This document shows positions 44,496 through 57,216 of a DNA stretch of 64,000 nucleotides, piece after piece. The stretch covers positions 45,570,001-45,634,000 of the forward strand of contig OZ024745.1 of NCBI GenBank assembly GCA_964016885.1. The letters run 5' to 3'. Every line of letters begins with the position of its first letter. Position 1 is the stretch's first letter. Below the pieces are notes generated by a model that was given only the letters and a program-made list of their open reading frames with translations, was not told the DNA's origin and did no database searches. Position numbers and translations under genes: made by a program. This stretch comes from Eledone cirrhosa. Its lineage: Eukaryota.

Positions 44496-45854
44496 GATTT
44501 GGTATGTTCGTTCTGTTCCTTATAAAAAAATATGACGTAAATTGAAGTTATTTTTCATCGTTTTAACAAATGTGGGTGAATTCCCTTTCAGCTTTAATTT
44601 ATATAATTCAAGAAAATGAGATTTTGAGATAATAATTTTACTCCAATCACTTGCGAGTATTGACTATTGTAGACCCGAGAGAATAATAGCGTATATCATC
44701 ACAGAGTTGTTCAATTTTGACGAATAAGACTTTGTTCTCTACTGCTTTTCTTTCTTTGTTTTCAATATATGAAGAACTAAAGTGAGTGTACAATATACAA
44801 AAAGGATGAATGGGCTAACATTTGTGCATAATGAAAAAAGAAATATTGAATTACTATTTCATGCTTTTTAGCGTCTAGGTGCGAGTTCAAACGGAACCTT
44901 ACCGGCTTCATTCTCACCGGTTACGGTGGAACTAGAGAAGAGAGACCATGAACAAGATATTTACCCAAACCAGACTAACCCTTTAAAACATATTTCAAAA
45001 TGGCAAAGTTGAATATTTCTGCTGGAAAAGGCTTGAATAGTACAGAAATCGATGAATCTGTCAGTTTCGACAATATGTGTCCCAGTTACTTGACCATCGG
45101 AATATCCTGCATATGAAATTAACATATAAGTGGCTGAGCTTTCCACACGCACGTAAGATTTAAATTGTCGCAATAAGTGACAAAACGCAGATTTACAGTC
45201 GATCTGACGAGCTTCCAAACAGTTTCCATCCACCCAATTCCAATCACAGGGTTAGGGTCGACCAAAGTGTATAGTAAAAGTGTATAGTAAAGGAAAATAA
45301 AGAAGGATTGAACGTTGGCCGAAGGATTGAACGTTGTAAAAAAGTTTCATTAACAAATCGGGCCATGATACTTCCAAATTACTGAAATGGGACAGCTGCA
45401 AAATACGTCAATAATGATTGCAACATAGTTTAATATTCTGAAAGATTATCAAGTCTAAAACAAAACTATCAAACATACAAAAATTTCTTTCGGTGCAAAT
45501 TCTATCAAAATAAATAAGTAAATAAATATATAAATAAAAAATATTTTCTATTTTTAACATTATTAGCTGCGAAATGGAATGAAATTATGAAAAACATTAA
45601 ATATCAATATCTAAACTACACATAATTATTGATAACTTTTTACGCACATTGCAATATATCAATTAAGGAAACGAACTACATTATTAGCATGCTGTTAAAA
45701 ATACATTAATCAAGGATTTTATGATACTTTATAGTTTTGAATATCATAATGAGAAGATGATAGTGTGCGATGTATACATACACACATAGAGACAAATGTA
45801 TATATATATATATATATATATATCCTAACTCGTGTGCTTCTTCTCCACATTTTA

Positions 45855-45894
<40 letters not shown>

Positions 45895-45896
<2 letters not shown>

Positions 45897-47155
45897 TCCT
45901 CATCATTGTCATTGTTATCACAATCAAACATTCCTGACAAGTTCTCTCCACAATTCACGATTTCCCATTGCTCCCTCAAATGCTCCCTACTGAGATTTAT
46001 ATCGTCTGAGAGTTGAAGGAAACCCTCCTAGTCTTTCAGAATCTCGATATTATCACCAGGAAAGAGAACTTGAACGTCGGTTTTTATGTCGAGTACATTT
46101 AAAGCAGAAACTATGCCATTAGGTATTCCATATGCAACTAGGAGTGACATAAGTTTTCCTATATGGATACAGTCAAAAGCCTTTCTGAAGTCAATATAAG
46201 TTAGTACGACTTTCAGATTCATTGATCTGACTGCCTTTTAGTAGTCTTTGCTCTGTCGATATTAGTGAGATATTCGATCTATTCTGTCTGAAACGATTTT
46301 GATTTATTCTGAATTTTGCGTCTAGATGTGCTCTTATTCTGTTTACCAGCATTCTGTTATAGATTTTAACTACTGACAAAATAATTCCTCTGTAATTTGC
46401 TGTATATCACAGGTCACACTTATTGGGACAAGACACTATTCTTCCTTTTCTCTAGATTTCCGGTACATCTTCTTTGAGGGTCTTTTGGCAGTTCATCGAT
46501 CATGCATATTTTCCATGCTTCTGTTGGTATATTATCCAAGACTGTAGCTTTGTGGTTTTGTGTCGACTTGATTGCAAAATCGACTTCCTTGTAAAATCAC
46601 CAACATCATCAATAAGCAGTGGTTCAGATACTTTGCCAATATTTCTTTCAGCTATCAAGGGAGATTGTCCAAGTAACTTAGCAAAATGGTCCTTCCACAA
46701 TTTTGCTTTTACTCGGAGCTTTCAGTTTTTATCTTACCTTGTTTGGATTTCTTTCCGTCAGTTATTTCATTGATAACACTTCATGCACGCTTAGTTTTTC
46801 GATTTAAGTAAACATTATGCAGTAGTTATAATTTTCCTCTAATATAGCTTTCTTGTTCTATGTTTTAAGTATTATCCTGATTCTATTTAGCTTAAAGTAT
46901 AGGCTGTTTGTTTCATTCAGTCCAATTAAGTATTTTTTAAATCTTTCCTTTTAATTACTACTCAGGGGTGGCGGAAGCATCTCTGAATATGGAATGGAGG
47001 GGGGTGGGGGGCAAATCTGCCCAATTTAGTGTGCTATAATCACTTTATAATTAACGTACTTGGACTCAAATTTCTGATCATTTTAGAGTGCAAAGAGCTA
47101 AACTTAATTGAGCAAATTTCTAACCTCCTCAAGTCAGAAATGCTTCCACCATCGT

Positions 47156-47204
<49 letters not shown>

Positions 47205-48570
47205 TCTCTGGTCCAAAATAATAGTGGGGTTGGACATTTGCTTAAATTCTTATAATCGCGGGGGTCGGGGAAGTCGGTAGTTGTATTGTGTACGTTCGTA
47301 CATATGGGATTTCTTGTAATGTTCTTTTTTTTTGTCATATATAATGTTTTTTAATGTAAAATCAAATTATTATTAGATTCTCCACCTGCTGTATCAATAT
47401 GAATCACTTACAATAACATTTTGCCGGAGATAGATTAGCAAACTCTAATAAGCGTGGAAGGTCGTGGGTGGAATAAAAAGGGGGTGGGTTGGAAAAATCC
47501 GAAAAATTAATAAGTAGGCGGAGGGGGGTGATTATTTAAAACCTGAAAGTACTTGATCTGTTTCTGAATACACATACGAGCAATTGGCAAATAGTGATGT
47601 GTGGAGAAAAAGTTATGACATGGCAAAAACATTTACTATCAAGGTTAACATAATATATTATCAAATAACAACCAAGACATAAAAAACTTCGATATGCGAT
47701 AAACATAACATGTACAATCTTTTCGTTGGGGTTAGGTTATATTTTGGGACTTTATGTTCCAAACCTGAATGTTCATTACAAACATTTTCAGCAATCTCTA
47801 ATTCTGCAGTATTTGTAGGACTCTAACAACAGATTATGGTTAGCTCTGGATTTACATTGAAAGTTGCCATCATTATTCTTTGTGTTATGGAGTCAATAGT
47901 AAGCAACGATTCCTGCCCTTTAGGACCTAAAATCATGTCCATTCCTCCAATAGTTGAATTATTTTGAGCCTTCTCAGCTGAACTAGACACAAGATTCCAG
48001 CCTTTTCTTAAATCATGATATTTTATTATAGCATCGCGATGGTAATAACGATGTTCATCTGCACGTGTAACTCCAAGTTTGTAAAGTCCGCAGAGTGTTG
48101 TAAGTTCCTTCAATCTCCTAGTGTTATTTAGGGTTCTAGTGTTGAAAGAAGTTATATTTATAAATATCTTGCATTTCAGTAGATATCCAGTTACCAATGT
48201 TTCAAACCCGACTTTTATCAGGGAACGCTCTTCTTGTTGACTTACGTGACTAACAATGCAGTATTGTGAATTATGTAATTATTCTGTCATGGTTTGTTTT
48301 TCAGTTGCTAATTTGAACAGGGGACACAACTCCTCCTGTAAATCTATAATTATTTGCTAAATAGAGTGTGTGTGTCTACCATTATCAAAACATTCGCACA
48401 TCCACAGTATCCCTCGTGCAAATACAACAATCTGTCGTTGTCTGCTACCTTGAACTACTGTATACCCACAGGATGTACACAGGTTTCTGAAGGTGGACTT
48501 CTGTTCGTCGAATCCCTGATGCAGGTGGTTGAAAAGGTACTATACCCTGCCAAAGGGCAACCTGTAATTA
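45895..48570 (-). mobile_element. Decayed RTE LINE (APE endonuclease + RT fragments) with nested insertions
   Basis: ITSFNTRTL (47823-48197); YIDFRKAFDCIH...AYGIP (46028-46222); many stops and frameshifts. Confidence 0.8.
46963..47157. mobile_element. Short MITE with imperfect terminal inverted repeats
   Basis: CAGGGGTGGCGGAAGC ... GCTTCCACCATCGTTG; interrupts the RTE. Confidence 0.5.
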
Positions 48571-49060
48571 TGTATATCGATAGGGGGAAGTTCCACACGT
48601 TTATCATCTCCTAACGTTCCGATAAAGAATTCTTCAGTGTCTCAAATTTACTCATTTTCTATTTGGTGAGCCACAATTTCTGCACCAATTTTCAATGTCA
48701 GGAATTACTTTATTGTCAGTACAAATTCAAGTCATTTCCTATTCTATACTATATTTCTAAAGGTCAGTGTGAAAATAAATGTGTTACTCGTCATCTGATA
48801 CTAAGACCATAACGTAGATTTTAACGAAAGATTTTTAGATTTCTAGCTCGCATAGCAATAGAAAACGTTGACTACTTGCTGTAGCAGTCGCTGTTATTTT
48901 AATCAAATAAATATTTAACTCCGTTCCTGCTCCAACAACGGGATTTCAACATCAACGATGGATGAGTTGCACTACGTAGATTACTTTCCTTACCATTACG
49001 TCATGGTTAACTAAACGGAATTATCAGTTCTACCCATTGGTGAACAACACAACATGAATT

Positions 49061-49173
<113 letters not shown>

Positions 49174-52100
49174 TTACAAGTAAAAACATTATTTAGCTTA
49201 ACGCTCTATACTTAGGAAAGTATCACCAAAACGAAGCTGCAAAGTTAGTGGCTTACATGAAGCGTATAAATACAAATATCACCTCAACTGAATATGAGTG
49301 ATAAGTGGGGAAAAAGACTTCGATCAACTGAAACTATTTACACAATTGTAAGCGGTGTTTAAAAACGTCTCTAAACTGTGTTATCTTTTGGAACAATTTT
49401 TGCCGTGGACCTTGTTGAAAAGTCAACGGGTATGATACGTTCATATCATAGGTATAGGAAACGGCGAAATAAATTATATACTGATTATTCCTCGATAGCG
49501 ACCGAAATGTTTGAGAAGAGTACCTTGCATGAAGTGTGTGTATAGACTTCTGGTGTAAATATAGTAAGTGCAAAAAAATCTTCAATTGTCTCTCAATCTA
49601 AACCCGCAGTTTGAAACATGTGTTACGGGTGTTGAAATAATGAGGAGCAAAAAAGAAAAAGAAATCATATAGCTTTGGCTGCTCCAAATCCTCTGGAACA
49701 ATTTTATACGATACGGGTGAATGGACGTTTTTCTGTAAGCTTATTTTTCATAATCAACAGCTTCAACAACATAAACCGGACGTTACGTTTATTTTTAAAA
49801 TAAACAAACTTCATCCCCCTACCCCAGAAAACTATTGTTAATGTGCCGAAAGCACCACCGCAAAACTAATATAGTTATCTATTTATATTTACTCCGCAAT
49901 CAAGGTCTGCTACAAATAAAATAAAAACTATGACAATATAACTATCGTGGGACAAGAAAATACTTTGAAGCTCTCAAAGGTTTTACTGTCTGTAAGAAAA
50001 CAATAAATTACAAACTGGACACTAAATAGTCTAGGGTACATTTTTGGGTAAGGGTAAAACTACAGAAAATCTTACAAATTAATAAATACAAATGTGAAAG
50101 CCATCAATAGCTCAAAGGTTCTGTGGTAAAAGCAGAAGTAGAAGATTTAATTCTAGCTGCGTAAAACGAATTCCTATCCTCACATAAACCTAAATATAAC
50201 ATTGAACAATTATGCTAACAACAAAGGTAAACTATGTGAAGAGTACAATGAGACGAATGGTCGCATCATTTCCAGCTACCACTCCTTGCTAAGTTCGCGT
50301 ATATTCATAGACATGATTAGAGTCTGCTGTGTGAAAACTGACAAGACGTGGTATAAAAAGCTTCCAAACACACAACATGACAATGAACTGACCACAATAA
50401 TCCGTGACATTCCTGGGGCAAAACTAAAAACGTGATCAAGGTAATCAATCCAGATATAATAATGAACGAAATATTAAAACAAGTTTATAATAGTTCACCG
50501 AAATAGGTACTGTTGGAATGGCAACAGAAAAGATAACGAGGAGAAATGGGCCATCAATGAGCCGATGGTTGTAGTGCGGTGGTGAGGCAATCTTAGTCAG
50601 TCAGACAAATGATAATCATGCCAATTTAGTATATTTATGTCTATATCCGAAGCACTGCCTTAGATGCATAAACATACTAACTAAAATTATAAACAACAAA
50701 ATACCAGAAAATATACCACCGTTGTTTGTCTTACTGGGTATTTGTGATAGATCAGCATCAGATCAAGGCCGACGTATAATATTGATCTTAAAGAGGAATG
50801 CTATTCTTCGACAAGGTTATATGTATTGTGGTGAGGATGGGTGTCATCAAAAGAGATAACGAGAAATTGAGAAACCTTGCATTTGAAGCTATTTGAGCGA
50901 TTTACCTGAGTTGTTTATATAGGGTAAAATAGAGGGTGGTTTCCTTTTTAGGTGTAGGGATCATGAAGAAATAATTAGATTGACATGTTTCCACGAAGAA
51001 TGTCTTCGTCATACACAATGCTGGCATATTGTAAGGTACCTCGGTGTTTTTGCATGGATGTTTAAGGAGATGAGAGTAGAGGTAGCTTCTGCCAAACATT
51101 TATAATCAGTGAACGTAAGTACACCGTTAATAAACGAAATGAATAATTCGCTAGACATAATCGAACGTATGTGTACATCAACGTTGTCTGGAGGGTATTA
51201 AGTGTAATGAGACCGTTGCGCTGAAACTATTAAATGGTTGCTGAATACTTAAAGAATAGGAAAATATTTGACAACAAAGTAGAGATATATTGTAGTAGGG
51301 CTGATGCTTGTTGGGTTATATTGGTTAAGGAGTGGAGTAATTGTTGTTGATACATCCCACAGATTGCTTCTTCTTGGCAACACAGAGGAATTTCAACAAG
51401 AAATGATCAAACTAATATAATAGCTTACTGCAAACATGAGAGGCTTCTTGGTGTGCAATACATGAAATCATTATTGCTTTCCTGGGGTGTTTTATTTTTC
51501 AGGTGGATTTTTCAGGTCTATTTTTCAATAGTGGATGACTTTCTTCTCATATTGTGAACAATAGTTATTGCCTAATCCCATTGGTGATTTTTGGTTATCA
51601 TCTTCGGTTATTATTGTACACTATAAACACTAAGTTGAAATAAGAAAACGAGAAGAATTTTGAACCCGTTTCTATCATTGCTAGGCAACTGCTGTAGGAA
51701 TTACACTACAGAAAGTCTGCCAATCTAACTATTCAAGCAATTTATCTGTACTCTTTTCAATTCATATAACATACGCCAGTCATTCTACGATAATATGCTA
51801 CTATATTCTCTCCATGTCGAAGAAAATGAGGTGTAGTACCTCAGTTTAATGTTTTCAACATGAAAAAAAAAAAAAAACGAATCCTAGCAGCTGTTTAGGG
51901 CTTGTGAAGAGATATACTTAGGGAAATGGTTTTCGACATTCGATTATATGTTTCGGTTGGATTGAGTTGAAAATATTTACTGGCAGGGCTAATGAGTATA
52001 AAACAGATGAAGCTGCAACATGTTAACTGAGTTAAAATGTCAGAGAAATTCTGTAAAATGATATGCAGTGAGGCGATGTGAGACGCGTGGCCTCCAATAG

Positions 52101-53014
52101 GCAGTATTCCAACAATGATGAGTTTAGAGACACACTCTTAGGTAGAGGCTGTAAAATAGAAGCCTATGTTTGTTGGACGAGAAATACAACATAATGGTAT
52201 TAGTTGATATTGCTAATTCACAAATGCATGTGAATAGACATTTCTCTCATAAAGATCTGTATGCGAGAAGAAGGACAACGAAAAGGAACTATATATATTT
52301 AGGTTCGGTAGGATAGATGTTGGCGATGCATTGAAACTCTCAGTTAACGCAGGAGTTCGGAGTAGTGGTATTATTCAAGTTGACACTGCTACCACCGACA
52401 TCAACATCACTAACTTGACTTACTGTCATACAAATACATTGATATTATGATGTTCACGAAAGGTATGAATTATCTCTTCTAATTTGTAAAGTTATTTGAA
52501 AAATAAAAGATACAATATGTACAATAATAGTTTCAAATGCAATTCTACTTAATCCTGTGCCCTTATAAATAGCTATTTACAGAAATATATTATGAAATAT
52601 ACTAATCATAATGGTTTGTACTTTAAGTACAAGGCCTGATATTTCGGGGTTAGGTGAATGTTGATTATACTAACACAAGAAATATATTGTTACTTTATTT
52701 TATCTAAGAAGAATTAAAGACAAATTTACCTCGGCGGGATTTGAACTCAGAAGGTAAAGATTGACAACGAATACCACAAGGCCTTCATTCAGTGCAACGC
52801 TCTAACGATTCTGCCTCACATATAAATATACTATTATAATATATTATACTATTCATAATGAACACATATCTATCACACGATGTATGAGATACTAGGCCGT
52901 CGCATATGTGTTAGAAAACCGTTTCATTTCACATATAGAAAATAACTTTTCAGGAGAAAGCCATATCGTATATGCCTACATTAAGAACAATTCTAGGTTA
53001 TAGCTAATTATGAA

Positions 53015-53041
53015 CCTGGGCAACGTCGGGTACTTTGCTAG
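53015..53041 (+). mobile_element. Helitron-type 3' terminus
   Basis: CCTGGGCAACGTCGGG hairpin, short spacer, CTAG followed by T. Confidence 0.5.
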
Positions 53042-53380
53042 TACATTTTAAAATTATCTTATGCCTGTGATTTTATCAATCCCAGTTCTTTCTTTATAAT
53101 AAATACAATTAAGGTTATCGTTTACATTGTAAACAGTCTACACAAACATTTGTCTAAATGAACTAATTACAGTTTCATTTAGGATTTATCTTTTACATAT
53201 AAACATTTAGTTGAGATATATAAACAAAAACACAAATGAGACAAAGTGTCATTTAACCCTTTTAATACCAAACCGCTTGAACCCGCCCCTGGTTATATGA
53301 TACCCAACTGTTTGTGTTAAATTACTTGTATTGAACTAAAACCTTCCATCATAATTCTCTCTCTCTCTCTCTGTATGTAT

Positions 53381-53498
<118 letters not shown>

Positions 53499-53510
53499 CT
53501 ATATGTATAT

Positions 53511-53543
<33 letters not shown>

Positions 53544-53601
53544 GATATATTTATGTTTATATATGTATATATGTATATATATGTATATATACGTGTGTAT
53601 A

Positions 53602-53990
53602 ATGGTAGCTATGGGGCTTCCATAGGCGGTATCCCAAAATTAGCACTCAATATTCATACAGAGCAGAGTGTGGATAGTATAAAAAAACGAAAAATCATTG
53701 ATGCATCTGGACTCAGTTTAATGCGTGTTACAATTGTTTCGCCGGCAGGTAGCTCGAGACATGATCACTGTATGGATCTGGCTGATTCTACGCCTGCAGG
53801 TTGCTTCAGACACGGTAGTTCGTTCGGAGCAAATTTTGTCACGAACGACCCGTGTCCTAAGGAACCTGCAGGCGTAGAATCAGCCAGATCCATACAGTGA
53901 TCATGTCTCGAGCTACCTGCCGGCGAAACAATTGTAACACGCATTAAACTGAGTCCAGATGCATCACTGATTTTTCGTTTTTTTATACTA
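53602..53990. mobile_element. Fold-back mini-element, family H; HHR-like motifs at 53724-53814 (-) and 53851-53941 (+)
   Basis: ~128-bp arms; minus: CGTGT-CTGAAGc-aaCCTGCAGG...CCTGCCGGc-GAAA-CAATTG-TA^ACACG (62-nt domain II); cores imperfect. Confidence 0.75.
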
Positions 53991-54058
53991 TATATGTATA
54001 TATATATATATATGTATATATGTATATATATATATATGTTTATATATATATATATATA

Positions 54059-54112
<54 letters not shown>

Positions 54113-54178
54113 TATATATATGTATATATATGTATATGTATATATATATATATGTGTATATATATATATATATACGAG

Positions 54179-54221
<43 letters not shown>

Positions 54222-54222
<1 letters not shown>

Positions 54223-55507
54223 GAGGTGTGTCAGAAAAGTTCCAGGACTGATGTCACAAAAGATTTATTTCAAACCCAAACTTCACACTAAGAGTTTTCT
54301 CCTTCAAAGTAATCCCCCTGGAGTATGTAACTGTAATCTTAGCACTCTGCAGCGATCAAGCTTTTTTCTTCATAATTTTATATACATGTCCTGTTTCAGG
54401 TCGTCAAGCAATGAACACAGAGCAACGAACCAACTTGAAGTTTCTGGTACGGTTGGGGAAAACTCCGCCAGAAGCAGTGAGATTGCTGCAGCAAGTGTAT
54501 GGAGATGAGACGATGTCACGCTCACGTGTTTTTGAGTGGTGCAAGAAGTTTAAAGAAGGACGCGAGGACGTGGAAGATGACCCCAGGAACGGAAGGCCCT
54601 CAACAACCAGGACTGAGGTCAACGTTGAGCGCGTCAGGCAGATGGTGCGTAGCGATCGTCGGCTGACTGTTCGACTGATGGCAAATGAGCTGGACATGAA
54701 TCGGGTCAGCGTCTGGAAGATTCTCACTGAAGATTTGGTCATGCGGAAAGTCTGCGCGAAGATGGTGCCAAAACTACTGAACGATGACCAGAAGGGTCGA
54801 CGCATGCAAGTGTGCCAGTACATCCTCGAGCGTCTTGAAATCGAACCAGACTTGCTAGGGACAGTCATCACCGGTGATGAGTCATGCATCTTCGAGTACG
54901 ACCCGGAAACCAAACGCCAGAGCCTTCAGAGGAAGAGTCCGTCGTCGCCAAGGCCGAAGAAAGCACGACAGTCGCAGTCCAAAGTCAAGGTCATGTTGAT
55001 CACATTCTTTGATGTGAGTGGGATCGTCCACTACGAGTTCTTGCCACAGGGCCAGGCGATCAACCAGTATGTCTACAAAGAGATACTGCAGCGTTTGCTT
55101 CGTTCAGTGCGTGAGAAGAGGCGAGAGTTGTGGCAGGACAACTCGTGGCTGCTTCACCATGACAACGCGCCTGTTCACAATGCCCTGAGCATCCGACAGT
55201 TCCTGGCCGAGAAGAACACCGCCGTGCTGGAGCAACCTCCCTACTCTTCCGACCTGGCTCCGTGTGATTTTTTCCTATTCCCCAAGCTCGAGGGTGTCAT
55301 CAAGGGGACCCGTTTTGAAGACGTGGACGACATCAAAAAGGCCGTGACGACATTCAAAAAGGAGTGCATGCAAGCGTGGCAGAAAAGGATGGAAACGTGC
55401 ATTAGACTCCAGGGGGATTAGTTTGAAGGAGAAACTCTTAGTGTGAAGTTTGTGTTTGAAATAAATCTTTTGTGACATCAGTCCTGGGACTTTTCTGACA
55501 CCCCTTG
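54222..55507 (+). mobile_element. Mariner (DD34D) transposon; transposase ORF 54411-55421
   Basis: ~100-bp TIRs, TA flanks; ITGDES, HHDNAP, YSSDLAPCD with 34 residues between D2 and D3; N-terminal HTH. Confidence 0.95.
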
Positions 55508-55588
<81 letters not shown>

Positions 55589-55592
<4 letters not shown>

Positions 55593-56085
55593 TAAATCCA
55601 CCAGTTAATGGTAGGGTCTAAGCCGTATGAAGAACTCAATGAAATCCGTATGTAGATGTCGTGAAGCAAAGTTTAAAATAGAAAATTTTCAACGATATAA
55701 TTCATTGGATACGGAGTCAAAAATAGAAATATTAAAACAATGAGATTAAACAAAAAACGGTTAATTCATAGTAAAATTCATTATTTTACGATCGTTTCTG
55801 GGGGGTAGTTCCCCGTATGTCCATTCTATTATTGATCTATGTACAATATAGTACAAAATATAAATACGTCTTCACTACCTGCCGTCTTCAGAAATAATTA
55901 TTTCTGAAGACGGCAGGTAGTGAAGACGTATGTATATTTTCTTACTATATTTTGTAATATATTGTACATAGATCAATAATAGAATGGACATACGAGGAAC
56001 TACCCCCCAGAAACGATCGTAAAATAATGAGTTTTACTATGAATTAACCGTTTTTTGTTTAATCTCATTGTTTTCACTATTTGTA
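55589..56085. mobile_element. Fold-back mini-element, family I, copy 1
   Basis: Palindrome centred at 55897/55898 (CTTCAG AAATAATTATTT CTGAAG), one-sided tail, TA flanks. Confidence 0.8.
55897..56028 (+). ncRNA. Type I hammerhead, 99-nt domain II (mirror copy 55780-55898 on -)
   Basis: ATTATTT-CTGAAGA-cggcaGGTAGT...ACTACCcccca-GAAA-CGATCG-TA^AAATAAT. Confidence 0.75.
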
Positions 56086-56291
56086 TATATATAACAAATT
56101 TATTATTGGCAGTATCGGTAGAGGGTCGGACGCCATGCTTTCCAGCGTAGTTACGTCCCTTTACGATCTGAGTTCAAATCCTACCGAGGTTGACTTTGCC
56201 TTTCATCCTTACGGGGTCGATAAAATAAAGTACCAGTAATGCACTGGTTAATTGCTGGCCTTGTGCCTAAAGTAGAAACAATTATTATTAC

Positions 56292-56339
<48 letters not shown>

Positions 56340-56344
<5 letters not shown>

Positions 56345-56595
56345 ATAATAATAAATTTGAAGACTAAAATCCAAAGAGGGCTCGATAAGGATAAATATAT
56401 ATCAGATATATAAGAACCGTAGAGCAAATATTTATTAAAATAACAGATTAAAGTTTAAGCAAAGAATCGGTGCTTTCACCCTTAACGGGATCTTCTGAAA
56501 ATAAAAAAGTCAACTTTTTTAGTTTCAGAAGATCCCGTTAAGGGTGAAAGCAGCGATTCTTTGCTTAAACTTTAATCTGTTATTTTAATAAATAT
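56340..56595. mobile_element. Fold-back mini-element, family G; variant HHRs at 56452-56501 (-) and 56521-56571 (+)
   Basis: AGTTT-CAGAAGA-tCCC gttaa GGGt-GAAA-GCA...TGC-TT^AAACT. Confidence 0.7.
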
Positions 56596-56611
56596 ATATA
56601 TATATATATAT

Positions 56612-57157
56612 GTAGATAAATCTACCAAGAGTTTACGGTAGTGTCCAATCCGTATGAAGAACTCAATGTAATCCGGATATCATGGAAAGAAGAGATGCAA
56701 TGAAAAATCACTTTCGGTGAAAGATAAACGGAATACAGAGTCAAGATAAAATATTAAAAAAATAATGAATAAAACAATGAAACAGTTCCTTATATTAAAC
56801 AAAAAAAGTTCATTATTTAACGATCGTTTCTAGGATATATATGTGTTAGAATTGGCATGCATATTCAACAGATCTATGTACAAAATTATACAAAATTATA
56901 CAAACTATCAAAATTAAATATACATACCAACACATATATATGCCGTCTTCAGAAATAATCTGAAGACGGCATATATATGTGTTGGTATGTATATTTAATT
57001 TTGATAGTTTGTATAATTTTGTATAATTTTGTACATAGATCTGTTGAATATGCATGCCAATTCTAACACATATATATCCTAGAAACGATCGTTAAATAAT
57101 GAACTTTTTTTGTTTAATATAAGGAACTGTTTCATTGTTTTATTCATTATTTTTTTA

Positions 57158-57165
<8 letters not shown>
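56612..57165. mobile_element. Fold-back mini-element, family I, copy 2
   Basis: ~200-bp near-perfect arms around AAATAAT (56953-56959), one-sided tail, TA flanks. Confidence 0.8.
56812..56959 (-). ncRNA. Type I hammerhead, 115-nt domain II (the + mirror 56960-57100 lacks the helix I 5' strand)
   Basis: ATTATTT-CTGAAGA-cggcATATATATGTGTT...AACACATATATATccta-GAAA-CGATCG-TT^AAATAAT. Confidence 0.75.

Positions 57166-57216
<51 letters not shown>

Noticed and set aside
50200-52400. Faint Helitron Rep-like traces (GEDG.H) upstream of the Helitron-like end
   Set aside because: Too decayed to support by eye; needs tBLASTn/HMM.
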